A stretch of 64,000 bases of DNA from assembly GCA_951406725.2 (NCBI GenBank), contig OX597817.1, positions 123,008,001 through 123,072,000 on the forward strand. The letters are read 5' to 3'. The notes under the pieces are model-generated. The model was not told the origin of the DNA and made no database searches. It saw nothing but the letters and a program-made list of their open reading frames with translations. Of this stretch, positions 13,417 through 27,064 are shown in pieces. The DNA is from Octopus vulgaris. Taxonomy: Eukaryota. The position numbers were made by a program, and so were the translations under genes. Each line of letters begins with the position of its first letter. Within the stretch, counting starts at the first letter, position 1.

Positions 13417-13549
13417 AGTTAAAAGTGAAAAAACTACAGAAGGCTTGTTTTAAAAGGTTAAAGAATATATATTTAAGTCAATATGTCTGAAGAATATTAT
13501 AAATTTTTTAAAACAAGCCTTCTGTAGTTTTTTCACTTTTACTATTCTC
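13412..13549. repeat. Inverted repeat (~43-bp arms, ~50-bp spacer) inside (TA)n
   Basis: agaatagttaaaagtgaaaaaactacagaaggcttgttttaaaa ... ttttaaaacaagccttctgtagttttttcacttttactattct, followed by a short unique tail to ~13590. Confidence 0.88.
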
Positions 13550-13886
13550 TATATATTCAACCACGTGCTTTCACAAACCAACTTTCTTATCTATCTATCT
13601 ATCTATATATATATATGTATGTACGTATATATATATATACAGGGAAGTTAGATCCTTTGTGTACGCATATTCATTTCCATACATATATACGATGGAACAT
13701 GTATGCGTTGTGTGTATATACATACACATAGGTAGATAGACATGTGTATATGTATTTATATGTCCACCAACTCATTCATGTATATCTCTCTATCTTTCTA
13801 GATATATAGATACATACATACAAGCATAAACACACACACACATATAAGCATATATGTATGCACGTTTATAGATATATATATATGTT

Positions 13887-13945
<59 letters not shown>

Positions 13946-14070
13946 CTATCTATCTATCTATATATATATATATATGTATATAATATATGTACACACATAT
14001 AATATATATATATATATAAACATATACATAGATATACATATATATGCATATGAATGTGTGACACACACGT

Positions 14071-14103
<33 letters not shown>

Positions 14104-14499
14104 CATATATACATACATACATACATACATACATACATACATACATACATACATACATACATACATACATAAATACATACATACATACATATGTGCGAGT
14201 ACATGTGTGTCGATATGTATGGAAAAGTGTATTCTTTGAAGTCAGGAAGAATATGTAGTACAATTTATTGAAGAATTATTTACTGTTCCCTTTTTGTCAT
14301 GCAATTTATCTTTTCGTTAATTCTCAGGAGAAGACAAAATCTAATAATTACTTGAAGAATAAAAAATATCTTTTCAAGCATTTGGACATATATTGCATGA
14401 CACTTGTTATGCATTTAGGTTAAGTGGATATAAATAATACACATAATTAAAAAGACAATACTCCTTAGTAAGCATGTATGCATAGACAATCATCATTAT

Positions 14500-14788
<289 letters not shown>

Positions 14789-14877
14789 GTATGTATATTA
14801 ATTTACTTGGAAATGGATGTGTCGCGTTCAATTAAATAATAACATAAATCATATATATATATATATATATATATGCA

Positions 14878-15596
14878 TATATGGGTACAAGACGCCACCA
14901 ACTGTGTAAACAACATAAAATACGAAAACAAACGAGTTAAAAGTGCAAACAACGAGAGAAAAAATGGAAAACAGGACAAATAAACACAAAGAAACGACCC
15001 TTCATCACTTGTCGGTCGTCTATCTACTCATCACTTCGAGCATTCAACGACAATATGAGTCTTCAAAACAGTTGCTCCCATAAGTTCTAAAATAAAATTT
15101 AGGATTTATGAGGGTCAAAGTTGGGAACAAAAACATGACAGTGGCGACATACAAAAGGAAACCGAACAAAAACAAGCATGGAGGGTCGTTAAACCAGAAC
15201 GAGAGGTAAATGGTGAACGCTGGGAAAAATATTTTCTTTGAAAAGATAAAAGATAGAAGAGAGAGAAAAAACATCCAGTCTTTTGAATGTCGGTGTAGGA
15301 AGAGAAAGATGGTCACGTGCGAGCAACGAGAGAGAGAGAGAGAAAGCAGAAAGTGGGAGAAAGCGAGAGGGAAAGGACAGACAGAAAACGGCGAGAGAGG
15401 GAGGGAAGAAAAATGGAACTAGAGAAGGCGGAATCTCTCTTCTATCTTTTCTCTTTTCAAAGAAAATATTTCCCCCAGCGTTCATTATTTTATTCTCGTT
15501 CTGATCTAATGACCCTCGATATTTGTTTTCGTTCGGTTTCCTTGTATGTCGCCACTGTCATGTTTTTGTTGCCAAGTTTGACCCTCCATAAATCCT
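14878..15596 (-). mobile_element. Non-coding interspersed repeat (probable PLE terminus) with diverged inverted copy
   Basis: 15101-15264 and 15434-15596 are imperfect reverse complements; the same family recurs at ~44355-44960 (atatgggtaca..., gagggtcaaagttgg..., tattttctttga..). Confidence 0.6.
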
Positions 15597-15599
15597 ATA

Positions 15600-15792
15600 T
15601 ACTGTGCTTGAGAAGACTTGTTGAGTCAAGAGAAATCGTTGTCTTGGTCGATGCCAGTGCAGCCAAACTAGCCCCCGTTCCGCTGGTACGTAAAAAGCAC
15701 CATTCGAGCGTGGGCGATGCCAGTAGCACCTGAGTGGCTCCCATGTCGATGGCACGTAAAAAGCATGCACCATACTCTCGAAATGGTTGGCG
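15600..15792 (+). mobile_element. Fragment of RTE 3'-UTR/SINE tail repeat
   Basis: actgtgcttgagaagacttgttgagtcaag and ggcacgtaaaaagcacc motifs shared with 36690-36830 (minus) and 52100-52745. Confidence 0.7.
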
Positions 15793-16700
15793 CGTTTCAG
15801 ACGCGTCTACCAGATACATTCTTTCGCCATAGCCACAAGGATGATGAAAATAGCTCTTCCTTCCCGTTTGAAGGAAGGAGGCGTGACAATATTGACGATA
15901 GACTCGGCTGATAAACCGACACGTGACAGCAGTCGGTCGACATAAGCCCACGGGTCGGCAAATTGTTGGACACTGCACGAGTGCGTGCAGAACGGTTTCG
16001 TCGCTCTGACCGCATCTCGGGCAGGTCGGCCCCGTGTTTCTCGAGCCGTGTCTGTAGAGCTTATCCCGAACGGGTAGCACTTCTCGGTAGCACTGCCAGG
16101 CCAGGGATCTCTGGAAGTTGTCCATGGGCCCTGGCCCGAAAGTAGTCCTGAACAGGCGGGTCAGGTATTCCTCGTCGACGCCCAGGTTTGCCCCGAGCTC
16201 GTCGTCGTACCTCCCCTCCACTAATCCCCTATAAAATGCTTTGGTTGTGATAAAGTCACGCAATGCAACACTCGCGGTGCCATTCGCCCTTCCTCGGCCT
16301 CTTTTTGATCCACGACTGCAGTTCGGCCATTGAGACGAGTTGTGGGAAAGCGTGCCTCACAAACGGCGACCACACCTGTTCACCGTCGTCTACGTAGAGC
16401 CTGAGATGTCGCAGTCTCAGCGCGTATCTGCGCATCATCAACCATACCCAGTCCTCCTTTTAGCGGGTGTTGACAGCGAAAGAGAATGCATTCTAGTTTG
16501 GAGATGGTAGGGTCGGGACAAGGCACGACGGTCAGGCGGTAGTAGATGACGGACGCGATGTACGAGTTCACCACCACCGCCCAACCTTTTAGGGACAGTT
16601 TCCTCTCGGTCCATTGCCAGGCGAGAGTGACCACCCTACTCGTTATCTCGCTCCACTCCAGTTTTTCTCCATTTAGAGGTCTGAACCAAACCAGACCCCG

Positions 16701-16703
<3 letters not shown>
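15793..16703 (-). mobile_element. Tx1/L1-clade LINE ORF2 remnant (post-RT region and zf-RVT), frameshifted
   Basis: [47 protein letters not shown]...HPLKGGLGM and LAWQCYREVLPVRDKLYRHG...CPRCGQSDETVLHALVQC (CCHC knuckle); GC-rich island. Confidence 0.85.
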
Positions 16704-16753
<50 letters not shown>

Positions 16754-16793
16754 CATACATACATACATACATACATACATACATGCATGCATG

Positions 16794-16849
<56 letters not shown>

Positions 16850-17155
16850 CACATATATGTATACACACACATATATATAAATACAAATATACTTCTACAC
16901 GTATGTATATATTTATAAATATATACGATCACACACATATACAGACGTGTGTGTGTGTGTGACATAAATAACTGTTGGTACTTGCACTTTAGCAGGGCTG
17001 AAGAATAAATGCATTTGGTTTAAGATCACAATATTTAGTTTAAGAATACTGTAATCTTTCTTCAGACTGTACTTAAGATACCTTTGTTTTCTCTATCTGT
17101 CTGTCTGCGTTGAATTAATTTTCAGTTGATAGGGCTATCTGTCTGTCTGTCTGCC

Positions 17156-17330
<175 letters not shown>

Positions 17331-17630
17331 AAGTGTACACGTATGTATATGTGTATTTATATTTATACCTATATTTGTTTATATATCTTTTAAATGTGTT
17401 TACACACATGCAAACACACACACACATGCACACGCACACACATGTACACATATACTCATATACACATGCATGTTTCATTGTGGATATGAAGACGCATACA
17501 CAAACATTCTAACTACTCTAGAGATATTTTTAATAACAATGAAAATATCTTTCATAGATTTGTAACCTTTCTGTCAATAAGTAAATTTTTATTGATTCAT
17601 ATGAGTAATATCATAAAGATCTGTCTATAA

Positions 17631-18206
17631 TCATCATCATTGTTCGACCGTGGTCGAGACAATCGAATTTACCATGCTACGCCAGACTTCACGGTCCATC
17701 ATGGCATTACGGAGGTTCTGTTGCTGGATGCCTGTATCCCTGGAGATTACATCAGGGTAGGAGAGTGTGCGCCCTCTGGTATTGCGAATAGATGGCTTCC
17801 AGAGGAGAAGAGTAGAAATTACTTCTTTTTCAGCTCTAGAACAATGTCCAGCAAACTGAACTCTCCTACCTTTCACAAGAGATGACACAGGTGGTAGTTT
17901 CCCATATATTTGCATTTTGGTTGGATGGCGCTTCCACGAGAGATTTTGAGCTCTCATAAGGAGGCGAGTGTAGGTTCCATCCAACCGCCTCTCAAGCTTC
18001 TTTGATAACGTCCAGGTTTCTGAGCCATATAGTAGAATTGGTTCGACTGTGGCTTTGAATATTTCAAGTTTGAAGTCTCTACTTAGATTTGATGACCAGA
18101 TCTTATGCATGTCATTACAGGCTGACCAGGCCATACCCTTTCTAGTTAGAAAGTCTTTTCCAGATGATGATATGTCTGACCCAAGATATTTATAATCAGA
18201 AACCGT
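17631..18206 (-). mobile_element. 5'-truncated RTE-clade LINE, uninterrupted 3' ORF end with (TGA)n tail
   Basis: TVSDYKYLGSDISSSGKDFLTRKGMAWSACNDMHKIWSS...IFKATVEPILLYGSETWTLSKKLERRLDGTYTRLL...RRVQFAGHCSR...DREVWRSMV; stop followed by tgatgatga; candidate TSD tctataa at 17624-17630 and 18218-18224. Confidence 0.92.
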
Positions 18207-20330
18207 GTAGTTTTAAATCTATAAACCGTGTAGTTTTAAATGAAAAAATTTCTTATAATGGATATGTCAACATCCTCCTAGAGATTCAGAATAAGGAAAT
18301 GTATATTAACTGGTATAATCCTTCTTATATCCCAGCTTTAAAAATCATAGTATAATTAATCAAGGAAAATACCCTACTCATAACTTTTGTGTTATAAAAT
18401 CTTTAATTAAAACAAAATTGAAAATATCTTGCCCAACCATCCTGTTCCACTGGCTTTATCTAAGCATTCAAAGCTGTATCAACATATCACTAATTAATCT
18501 AATAATAATTGTTCATGTACTAATATCAATACGTGTCCCTTAGGCTCCAATAGTAGAGCCAATGGAGCCTATGTTAATGTTTAGAAATGCTTTATACAAA
18601 CTAGTAATTTCTCTGGAGTATATTCCTCTTGTGTATACATTGATCTTCCTACTAATTCTTTTAAATTTAGCTTCAATAATCATTAATCATACTCATACAT
18701 TTAGAAATTCTAACTGAAGTAATGAAACCATTGTTTTGCTTGTGCAAAGATTGTAAAAATTAAAATTAATATCATTTAAAATTAAATAACTCCTTCAGAG
18801 CTGACTCTTATATTGTAGGCAAGGGCACATTGCAGCCTTAGCACCTCTGAAAGTATAAAAATATTCATTGCCAAAGATCCAGTATTTAATAAATATCAGT
18901 GAAGAATTTCTTCAAGAAAATGTAGAATTCTGTGTGAACATTATTAACTTATTTCTTAACATTTATCTTTGGACTACTTACATCAATGCCTAATTCTTTA
19001 TAACCATATAGTATCTTGTTCTTGTTAACTGTCTTATCTATTTATATTGGCCTATTAACTAAATAAACTATTTGACTCTACAGGTTTGATTTTTATTTCC
19101 TTCTATTTGCCTTTCTCACAATCTCAATACTCGCCTCCATACCTTTTCTTGGGCATCTAAATCTTAATTTCTGACAGTTTATGTGCACTTCATTCACTTC
19201 TTATAATTTATTTTGACCCCTAAGCTAATTTCTTTTATTTCATTTTTTTCGTATAGTTGATCTGACTTCGTTTCTTTTATGTTAATTAAATTACATTACT
19301 TTGTTTAACACATATCACTTAATCCTATTTTATTTCACATTACTGCATATTTAATATATATTCAGTTTTATTTCTTCATATATTTATACATCCACTTATT
19401 TATTAATCTAATCAATTTTCCTAATACTTTACAAATTAATGTAATCATTACTTGTCTTTCTTTTTTTGTTCTTCCTTGATTTATTCTACTTCAAATTATT
19501 TTAGAACTGCATACTTTATCTTTTTACGTGATATATGAAGAAATTTTATGCATATTATTATTTCAGACAACTTGCAAGGCTGCCAGCTGACAGGATCGTT
19601 ACAGCATTAGTAAAAATGATTTGCAGTAGCTTTCCTGGTTCTTTGTATATTTGGTTCAAATCTCCATAATGTTAACTTTGCCTTTCATCTTAGAAACCAT
19701 TATTTTAAGTAATTGTCTCCCTTACTATTTTCTCTCATTTATTAATTGGACAAGTTATGGCGTTTTTAATGTGTTACAGTTTTACGATTACCTCTCCTCA
19801 TTCATCTGACATTTAATTTTGGTAATATCATATACAACATTTAGTTTGTATGCATACAAACACACTAATGTTCATCTCGTTTTCATCTACGAACACTAAA
19901 ACCTAAAACTTTTACGTCTTTAGATATGTTAGCAAATGGTTCTTGAAAAAATCTTTATTCTCACACCACTTGTTTAAATATTTATATCATTTTGGTTCCT
20001 TGTCAAACATCACTTAATATTTTAATTTAAAAAGATTTAGTGCCAAATTTCTCAACTTCTGATACATTTGTCTTTTCTTTTAATTTTTTTTTTTGTTTGT
20101 TTGTTACTCCTATCATTCTTCAGCTTTATATATTATTGCTTCTTTTGCCTGTCACCACCAGCACCAACCACCACCACCACCACCACCAACAACAATCTTT
20201 TCTATTCATACACAAATTCATCTTTATTCTAATGCTACAACATGTAAGCATTTACTGAGATAATATTTTAATTCGGCTAATCATCCTTTTAATCATTTAA
20301 TTTGTTTGTTGCTAACTGTTCTTATGAACT

Positions 20331-20368
20331 AACAACAACAGCAACTACTACTACCACTACAACCACCA

Positions 20369-20413
<45 letters not shown>

Positions 20414-20456
20414 TGCTGTTACTACTACTACTACTACTACTACTACTCTGCTGTTG

Positions 20457-20520
<64 letters not shown>

Positions 20521-20521
20521 G

Positions 20522-20553
<32 letters not shown>

Positions 20554-20768
20554 TATTGCTGCTGCTGTTGTTGTTAAGCAACAAGACGGGTAAGGGTGAT
20601 TAGGTGATGGTCTAGGGCTTAGGGGCAGGAGATCCCAGACCTTGGGAAAAAAAACTTTGGTCGTCTTGTAGTCGAGGGCTCTTCATTGACACCCAACACC
20701 ACTAGGAGGTGGCCCTTGAAGTCGCAGGAAATGGTGATCTCCGGGTCCAAATTCTTGAACGGCTGCTG

Positions 20769-20813
<45 letters not shown>

Positions 20814-20830
20814 TTACTATTACTACTACT
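20331..20830. repeat. (TAC)n trinucleotide tracts split by a ~190-bp GC-rich insert
   Basis: (TAC)n at 20340-20555 and 20765-20830; unique GC-rich segment at ~20575-20762. Confidence 0.9.
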
Positions 20831-21342
20831 TACTGCGCACTAACACACACATGCAAATACAAATGTTTGTATATTCAACTGTGATGATGAGAATTATAAT
20901 ATGGAAAAGAAAATGAAAGAAAGGTGAAATTATTAGTTTGTGCTCTATGAGAAATTCGGAAAGTGGACGTGTCATTGTTGTTTCGAGCTTGAGCTCCTCT
21001 TCTGTGTTAGATAGTTAGATGAACGATAAATCACGGAGGAAGGAAAAATATAAAAGAGAATAACAGTGAAATATTTATCATTCCATGTTACTGGAGAAAG
21101 TGTGCAAGAGTAGAACTTGTAAAGATTGTTGTTGGTTAACCCCTGGTCACTCTGATCAAGGAAACCTATCATAAAAACATCATTACAGTCATAACCATCT
21201 TGGTGTGTTTGAGGAAGATTTGGTTGCTATTTCTAGTTATTTCATTGTCTGCATAGATCAGGCATGGGCAAACTGGCCTGTGAGGCATTCTGAATGGCAA
21301 GCTGAATGAAATTACCTCAAATTTTTATTTCTCTCTTTTCTC

Positions 21343-21521
21343 TTTCACTTGTTTCAGTCATTTGACTGCAGCCATGCTGGAGCACTGCCTTTAGTCGAGC
21401 AAATCGACCCCAGGACTTATTCTTTGGAAGCCTAGTACTTATTCTATCAGTCTCTTTTGCTGAACTGCTAAGTTACGGGTACGTCAAGCAATGTTGGGGG
21501 GACAAACACAGACAAACATAT

Positions 21522-21579
<58 letters not shown>

Positions 21580-21694
21580 CGGGCTTCTTTCAGTTTCCAT
21601 CTACCAAATCAACTCACAAGGCTTTGGTCGACCCAAGGCTATAGTAGAAGACACTTGCCTAAAGTGCCATGCAGTGGGAATGAACCTGGAACCA
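21343..21694 (-). mobile_element. tRNA-derived SINE with internal microsatellite (abundant family)
   Basis: cttgtttcagtcatttgactgcagccatgctggagcac...gacgggcttctttcagtttccatctaccaaatc...agaagacacttgcc; homologs at 24381-24755, 35200-35548, 63175-63950 (minus) and 30005-30232, 55720-55945 (plus). Confidence 0.85.
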
Positions 21695-22019
21695 CGTGCC
21701 TATATTTGGGCATCCCACCTACTAAAGAGCCATGTCTTATGTGATCCAGTTCTTAAAAACGATTGCCCATGTCTGGCATTGATCAACTTCTTGACCAATG
21801 TTGCTGTTTTCTTTGTAGTCCCAAGTGATTCCTAATAGGGAAGAAAGAGATATCATCAAATGCATTATAATAATGGTAGTTTAGTCGGGGTTTTTTTTAC
21901 CTTATACTTTGTCTAGTAGATATGTTTTTCCTTTTGAAAGAAGACTGGTTTGAAAGAAGATTTGATTGCTAATTTTAGTGAGTTATTTAAACACAGAAAG
22001 ACAGTCTCATTGAAACAAG

Positions 22020-23110
22020 ATGGTGATGAGGATGGCATTTGGTGTTGGCAGCATCCACAGCAGTAATGGTGGTGGCAGCAGCTGTTGTAGTCACTGTGGT
22101 GCTGGGGTAGAGGCAGTAGTGATTGCAGTGCTGGTGGTTGTGGTAGTGGTGATGGGGGTAGAAGATGCAGTTCTGATGGTACTGGTGAGGATGACAATGA
22201 TGCTAAAGTTGGCAGTAGTGGTAATGGTGATGGTGATGATGATGGCATTGGCAGTAGTTAGTGCAGTAGTGATGCTAGAAGTGGTGGGGAAGGGGAGGCA
22301 CATAGAAGCAATCATGATTACAGTGCTGGCGGTAGTAGTGGTGGTGGAGAAGTGACTGCAGTGCTAGTGGTGATGATGATAATGCTGAAGCTGGTGCTAG
22401 TGGTAGTGGTTATGCTGGTGTTGGTGAAAGTGGTTGTGATAGTGGTAGTGGTGGTGATGATGGTGGTGGTGGTGGTGACAGTAGCACTGGTAGTAGTGGT
22501 GGTGATGGTGGTGACAACAGCACTGGTAGTAGCAGTGGTGATGATGATGGTGGTGGTGGTGGTGGTGGTGATGGTGGTGATGGTGGTGGTGGTGATGGTG
22601 GTGAAAGCAGCACTGGTAGTAGCAGTGGTGATGATGATGATGGTGGTAGTGGTGATGATGGTAGTGATGTTGATGATGGTGGTGATGGTGGAGATGGTGG
22701 TGGCAGTGGCGACAGCAGCACTGGTAGTAGCAGTGGTGATGATGATGATGGTGGTGGTGGTGATGGTGGTGGTGGTGGTGGTGGTGGTGGTGATGGTGGG
22801 GGTGGTGATGATGGTGGTGGTGGTGACAGCAGCACTGGTAGTAGCAGTAGTGGTGATGATGATGGTGGTGGTGGTGATGATGGTAGTGATGTTGATGATG
22901 GTGGTGATGGTGGAGATGGTGGTGGCAGTGGCGACAGCAGCACTGGTAGTAGCAGTAGTGGTGATGATGAGGATGGTGGTGGTGGTGGTGGTGGTGGTTG
23001 TGGTGGTGGTGGTGGTGGTGGTGATGGTGGTGGCGGTGGTGGTTGCTGTGGTAGTGGCAGCTGCGGCGGCAGTGGTGGAAGCCATGGCGGCACTGGCGAC
23101 GGTGTTGCAG
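22020..23110. repeat. Complex (GGT/GAT/GCA)n trinucleotide low-complexity array with ~219-bp internal duplication
   Basis: Recurrent gcagcactggtagtagcagt(g/a)gtgatg units; 22607-22740 is nearly repeated at 22828-22965; produces poly-T/H/P/V pseudo-ORFs. Confidence 0.9.
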
Positions 23111-23588
23111 TATATAAAACATTTCCACTTCAATAAATAAAATAAGAACTCAGACAAGTATTTCTCATGAGTTTCATGATTATTCATAATTATTGGATTT
23201 CTTTATTTACTGTTCTTTAATAATTCCAGTTTCTGTTTTGACTCTTTTATGTTTATTATTCATCGTTTAGACAGGGATATGCTTCTTTTTATATATATTT
23301 GTTTTGGGCTTCATGTGTATTATTTGTTTATTTATTTATTTATTTATCTTTTATTTTTAAATGTTTTTTTTTCTTTTTTTCTTTTTTCTTTCTTTTCATA
23401 TTTCCTTTGAGGTTTTTACAAATGCAATTTATTGGTTATAGTGAGAATAGAATAATAGAAATACAATTGTTGCTGTTTTAGTTTCTGTACAACTCCATGT
23501 ATGTGTGTACATATGCATAAATAAAAATATTCATGCATATGTGTGTGTGTGTATATATGTGTGTGTGTATATATATATGTGTGTATAT

Positions 23589-23638
<50 letters not shown>

Positions 23639-23680
23639 TGTGTGTGTGTTTATATATATATTATAGATAGACAGACAGAC

Positions 23681-23725
<45 letters not shown>

Positions 23726-24104
23726 TAGATATATAGATATTTATATTTATGGGCATCGATATGCTGTTATGTCATTTAAGTAGGTTTGCATATGTGTACG
23801 CAAATATTACATGCCTCTCTGTGTATATGTTTACGTGTGTGTATGTATTATTTACATTTGCACACACACACACACAACACATACTCACATACACATGTAT
23901 ACATTCTACCAAAGCTGACATCACTCTAAAGTGAGTATATCTTGGTAACTCGTTCCATGTTTTTGCTAATTTTTTGCTTCCTCTAATGTAGCTGCGAACA
24001 AGCATAGATATCCTATCATGCTTGTCACCTTTGACTCAATGGAACCACCAGGATGATGTTGGAAAGAAGTGCTCCACTACTTTACTGGTATACATTATTA
24101 CAGC

Positions 24105-24250
24105 TGAGCAAGGCAGTGTGCTGGTAGAATTGTTAGCATGTCGGGTGAAGTGCTTAGTGATATTTCGCCCATCACGAAACATTCTGAGTTCAAATTCCAC
24201 CGAGGTTGACTTTAATTTTTATCCTTTTGGGGTCAATAAGTTAAGTACCA
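24105..24250 (+). mobile_element. SINE 5' fragment (family of 12245-12846)
   Basis: aaggcagtgtgctggtagaattgttagcatg...gagttcaaattccaccgaggttgacttt..atccttttggggtcaataagttaagtacca. Confidence 0.75.
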
Positions 24251-24380
24251 AGCCTTGTGCCTATAATAGAAAGGATTATTACAGCTGAGTAGACTGGGGC
24301 AATGTGCAATGAACAGCAGTGCTTATGGACAGAATGCGTCACCTCAACCAGGACTTGAACCCATGACCTTATTATTTTAT

Positions 24381-24755
24381 TCTTTTACTTGTTTCAGTTA
24401 TTTGACTATGGCCATTCTGGAGCACCACCTTAAAGGGTTTTTCAATTGAAGAAAACAACCACAGAACTTACTAGTACTTATTTGATCAGTACTTATGCTG
24501 AACCACTAAGTTATGGGGATGTAAACACACCAACATCAGTTGTCGAGTGGTGGTGGAGGAACAAACACAGACACACTTACATATATATATATCACAGGTT
24601 TCTTCCAGTTTCCATCTACCAAATCCACTCAAGGGAGTTTGGTCAGCCTGAAGCTACAGTAGAAGACACTTGCTCAAGGTGCCGCACAGTGGGACTGAAC
24701 CCAGGACCATGTGGTTGGGAAGTAAGCTTCTTACCACACAGCCATACCTATGCCT
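24381..24755 (-). mobile_element. tRNA-derived SINE (family of 21343-21694)
   Basis: Shared cttgtttcag..gactatggccat..ggagcacc tail and gtagaagacacttgctcaaggtgccgcacagtgggactgaaccc head. Confidence 0.85.
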
Positions 24756-26953
24756 ACTCAGCTGCAATAATGTATACCAGTAAAGTAGTGGAGTATTTCT
24801 TTCCAACATCATCCTGGAGGTTCCACTGAGTCAAAGGTGACAGGCGTGATAGGATGTCTATACTTGTTTAGATCTACATCAGAGGAACCCAAAAATTAGC
24901 AACAAATTTGCTTTTTAGTGGGTATTACCTCCCATGCCTGTCACTTTTTAGACTTTAGACAGTCATAGAGGGCGTTTATGCCTCCTAATTCCATAGCTGA
25001 TATCAGTTAATCCAACATTTTCAGCTCTCTGTGTTACATATGTGTGACTATGCTGTATGTATATCTATGCATATGTGTGTTTGCATATACATATATATTC
25101 ATGTATGTACATATAAATGTGTGGTGTGGTGGTGGTGGTGGTGTGTGTGTGTGTGTGTGTGTGGGTATGATTATTTTATGTTTTATTTATATGCATGTTT
25201 GTATATACAATTTAAACACTTCGATATATCAGACTGCAGTCAGCCTGTTTTATCTACATAATTTCTTTTGATATACTTTCTTTTTTTATTTCCTTCTTTA
25301 TTGTTTGCTTTTTATTTTTTATTTGATCTTGCTGTGCAGTGTGTATGAGTGGCAGACAGAGGTAGAGGAAATCAATGATTCAAAAGTAGGTGAGAGTGCA
25401 TTATTTTATTTTTAATTGTTAGTTTTTTTTGTGTTTTTTATTGTTAGCTTGTTTTTCTGTTACCAGATATGTTATGTCAAACTGAGTAAAATGAAAAGGA
25501 AAGAGAAATCACAGTGAAACTTGATAGTCTTTTTTAATTGATAAACTTATATATATTAAGCCATTATTTTAAACTACAAAAATTAAATATAGGACATCTA
25601 AATAACTGATATAACAAACTAGTTAACTAAGTAGTGTCTATATTTTTGGAAATAATAAATTCGGTCATCATTTTCAATCAGATATTTTGAGCTTGTCCTT
25701 TCATTAGAGATGATATCAAAATAATTTTGCTCCTTCTCCCACACGAAGAGTAACTCACCCAACCTTTCCACTGAGACATCAAATCTCTCTTCTTGTCTAT
25801 GTACAAAAATTTACCCACTGCTTCTGAACGCATTTATTCTAATTAAACAAGAAACTGAATTGGCATAGTTGTTAGACCATTGGGTCGAATTTTATGAGTT
25901 ATTTGTTTCACTTCAAAGTTTAAATACCAGTGAGGTTAACTGCTGTATTTTATCTTTCTGGGTTTGATAAAATAAAGCACACAGTTAGAATAGTTTTGGG
26001 GTGAAATTGCTAGAATTGAAGAAAATATCTTGCAGTATTGGCTCACACCCTACTGAGATTTAATTTGCTTTCGTTCTTTTTCAGGGTCCAATAGACATAC
26101 ATATAAATAAAAGTACAAGAGCACATGTTCAACCAACCCTCTCTTATGCCAGCTGTGAGGATTTTAAGCTTTCTCTGGTTTGAGAAGATATCTATATCTT
26201 CTCAAGATTATACATGGGTATGTAAAACAATAGTGGGGACATAGTGCATACTGCTACCAAGCCATGCAAGTTACCTCGAAGTTTCCTCAGAATCTGGATC
26301 ATGACACTTAATAATAAACAATCTGTGCTTTGTGATTGTAATTTGGTGAGCAAATCTGTATGAAGCCTGTCAAATGGCTTGTAATGGTAATTCAAAGGTA
26401 AATGTGACAACTAAGTTATATATTGTGTCATGCTGATTCAGTTTATAAATGAATTTATAGGTATATGTCTCAGAAATACTCACTTACATGTTAAATTAAT
26501 GAATAAGTTGATCAGTTTATTAAATGATTGAATATATGTCATTGCAAGTGATAGGGGGCCCATTATATACTCATGTTCGCATTGTTAATATATGTTTAAT
26601 CAAATAGGTAATAGACATCTATAAGGCATAGGCATGGTTGTGCGACAAGAAGTTTGCTTCTTATATATATAAGGTGGCGAACTGGCACCTTATATATAAA
26701 TGTTTCCCCTAGCGGGTAAATGTTATTTACTTGCTAAACTAAAATCAGAAACCAATTGGTTCAGGAAACTAGATGGTAAAATGTTTTTAGTTTTACATTT
26801 CGTTCTTGTCGAATTTTATCTCTTATTTTGTGATTTATAGAACCTAGCTGTTCTTTCTAGCATGTTGAATCCCATGAATGGATTCCTTATGAGTTTAAAT
26901 GTACACTGTATTTTATGACTATATATATATATACACACACATATTTGAATGTA

Positions 26954-26998
<45 letters not shown>

Positions 26999-27004
26999 AA
27001 TATC

Positions 27005-27064
<60 letters not shown>

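Noticed and set aside
18245-19250. Very decayed CR1/L2-like LINE traces (also 27080-27780)
   Set aside because: Only vague motif echoes in AT-rich sequence; cannot be supported without a profile search.
22318-23187. 289-aa Thr-rich mucin-like ORF and overlapping poly-His/Pro/Val ORFs
   Set aside because: Open in several frames on both strands because of trinucleotide repeats; no signal peptide, domain or clear splice structure.
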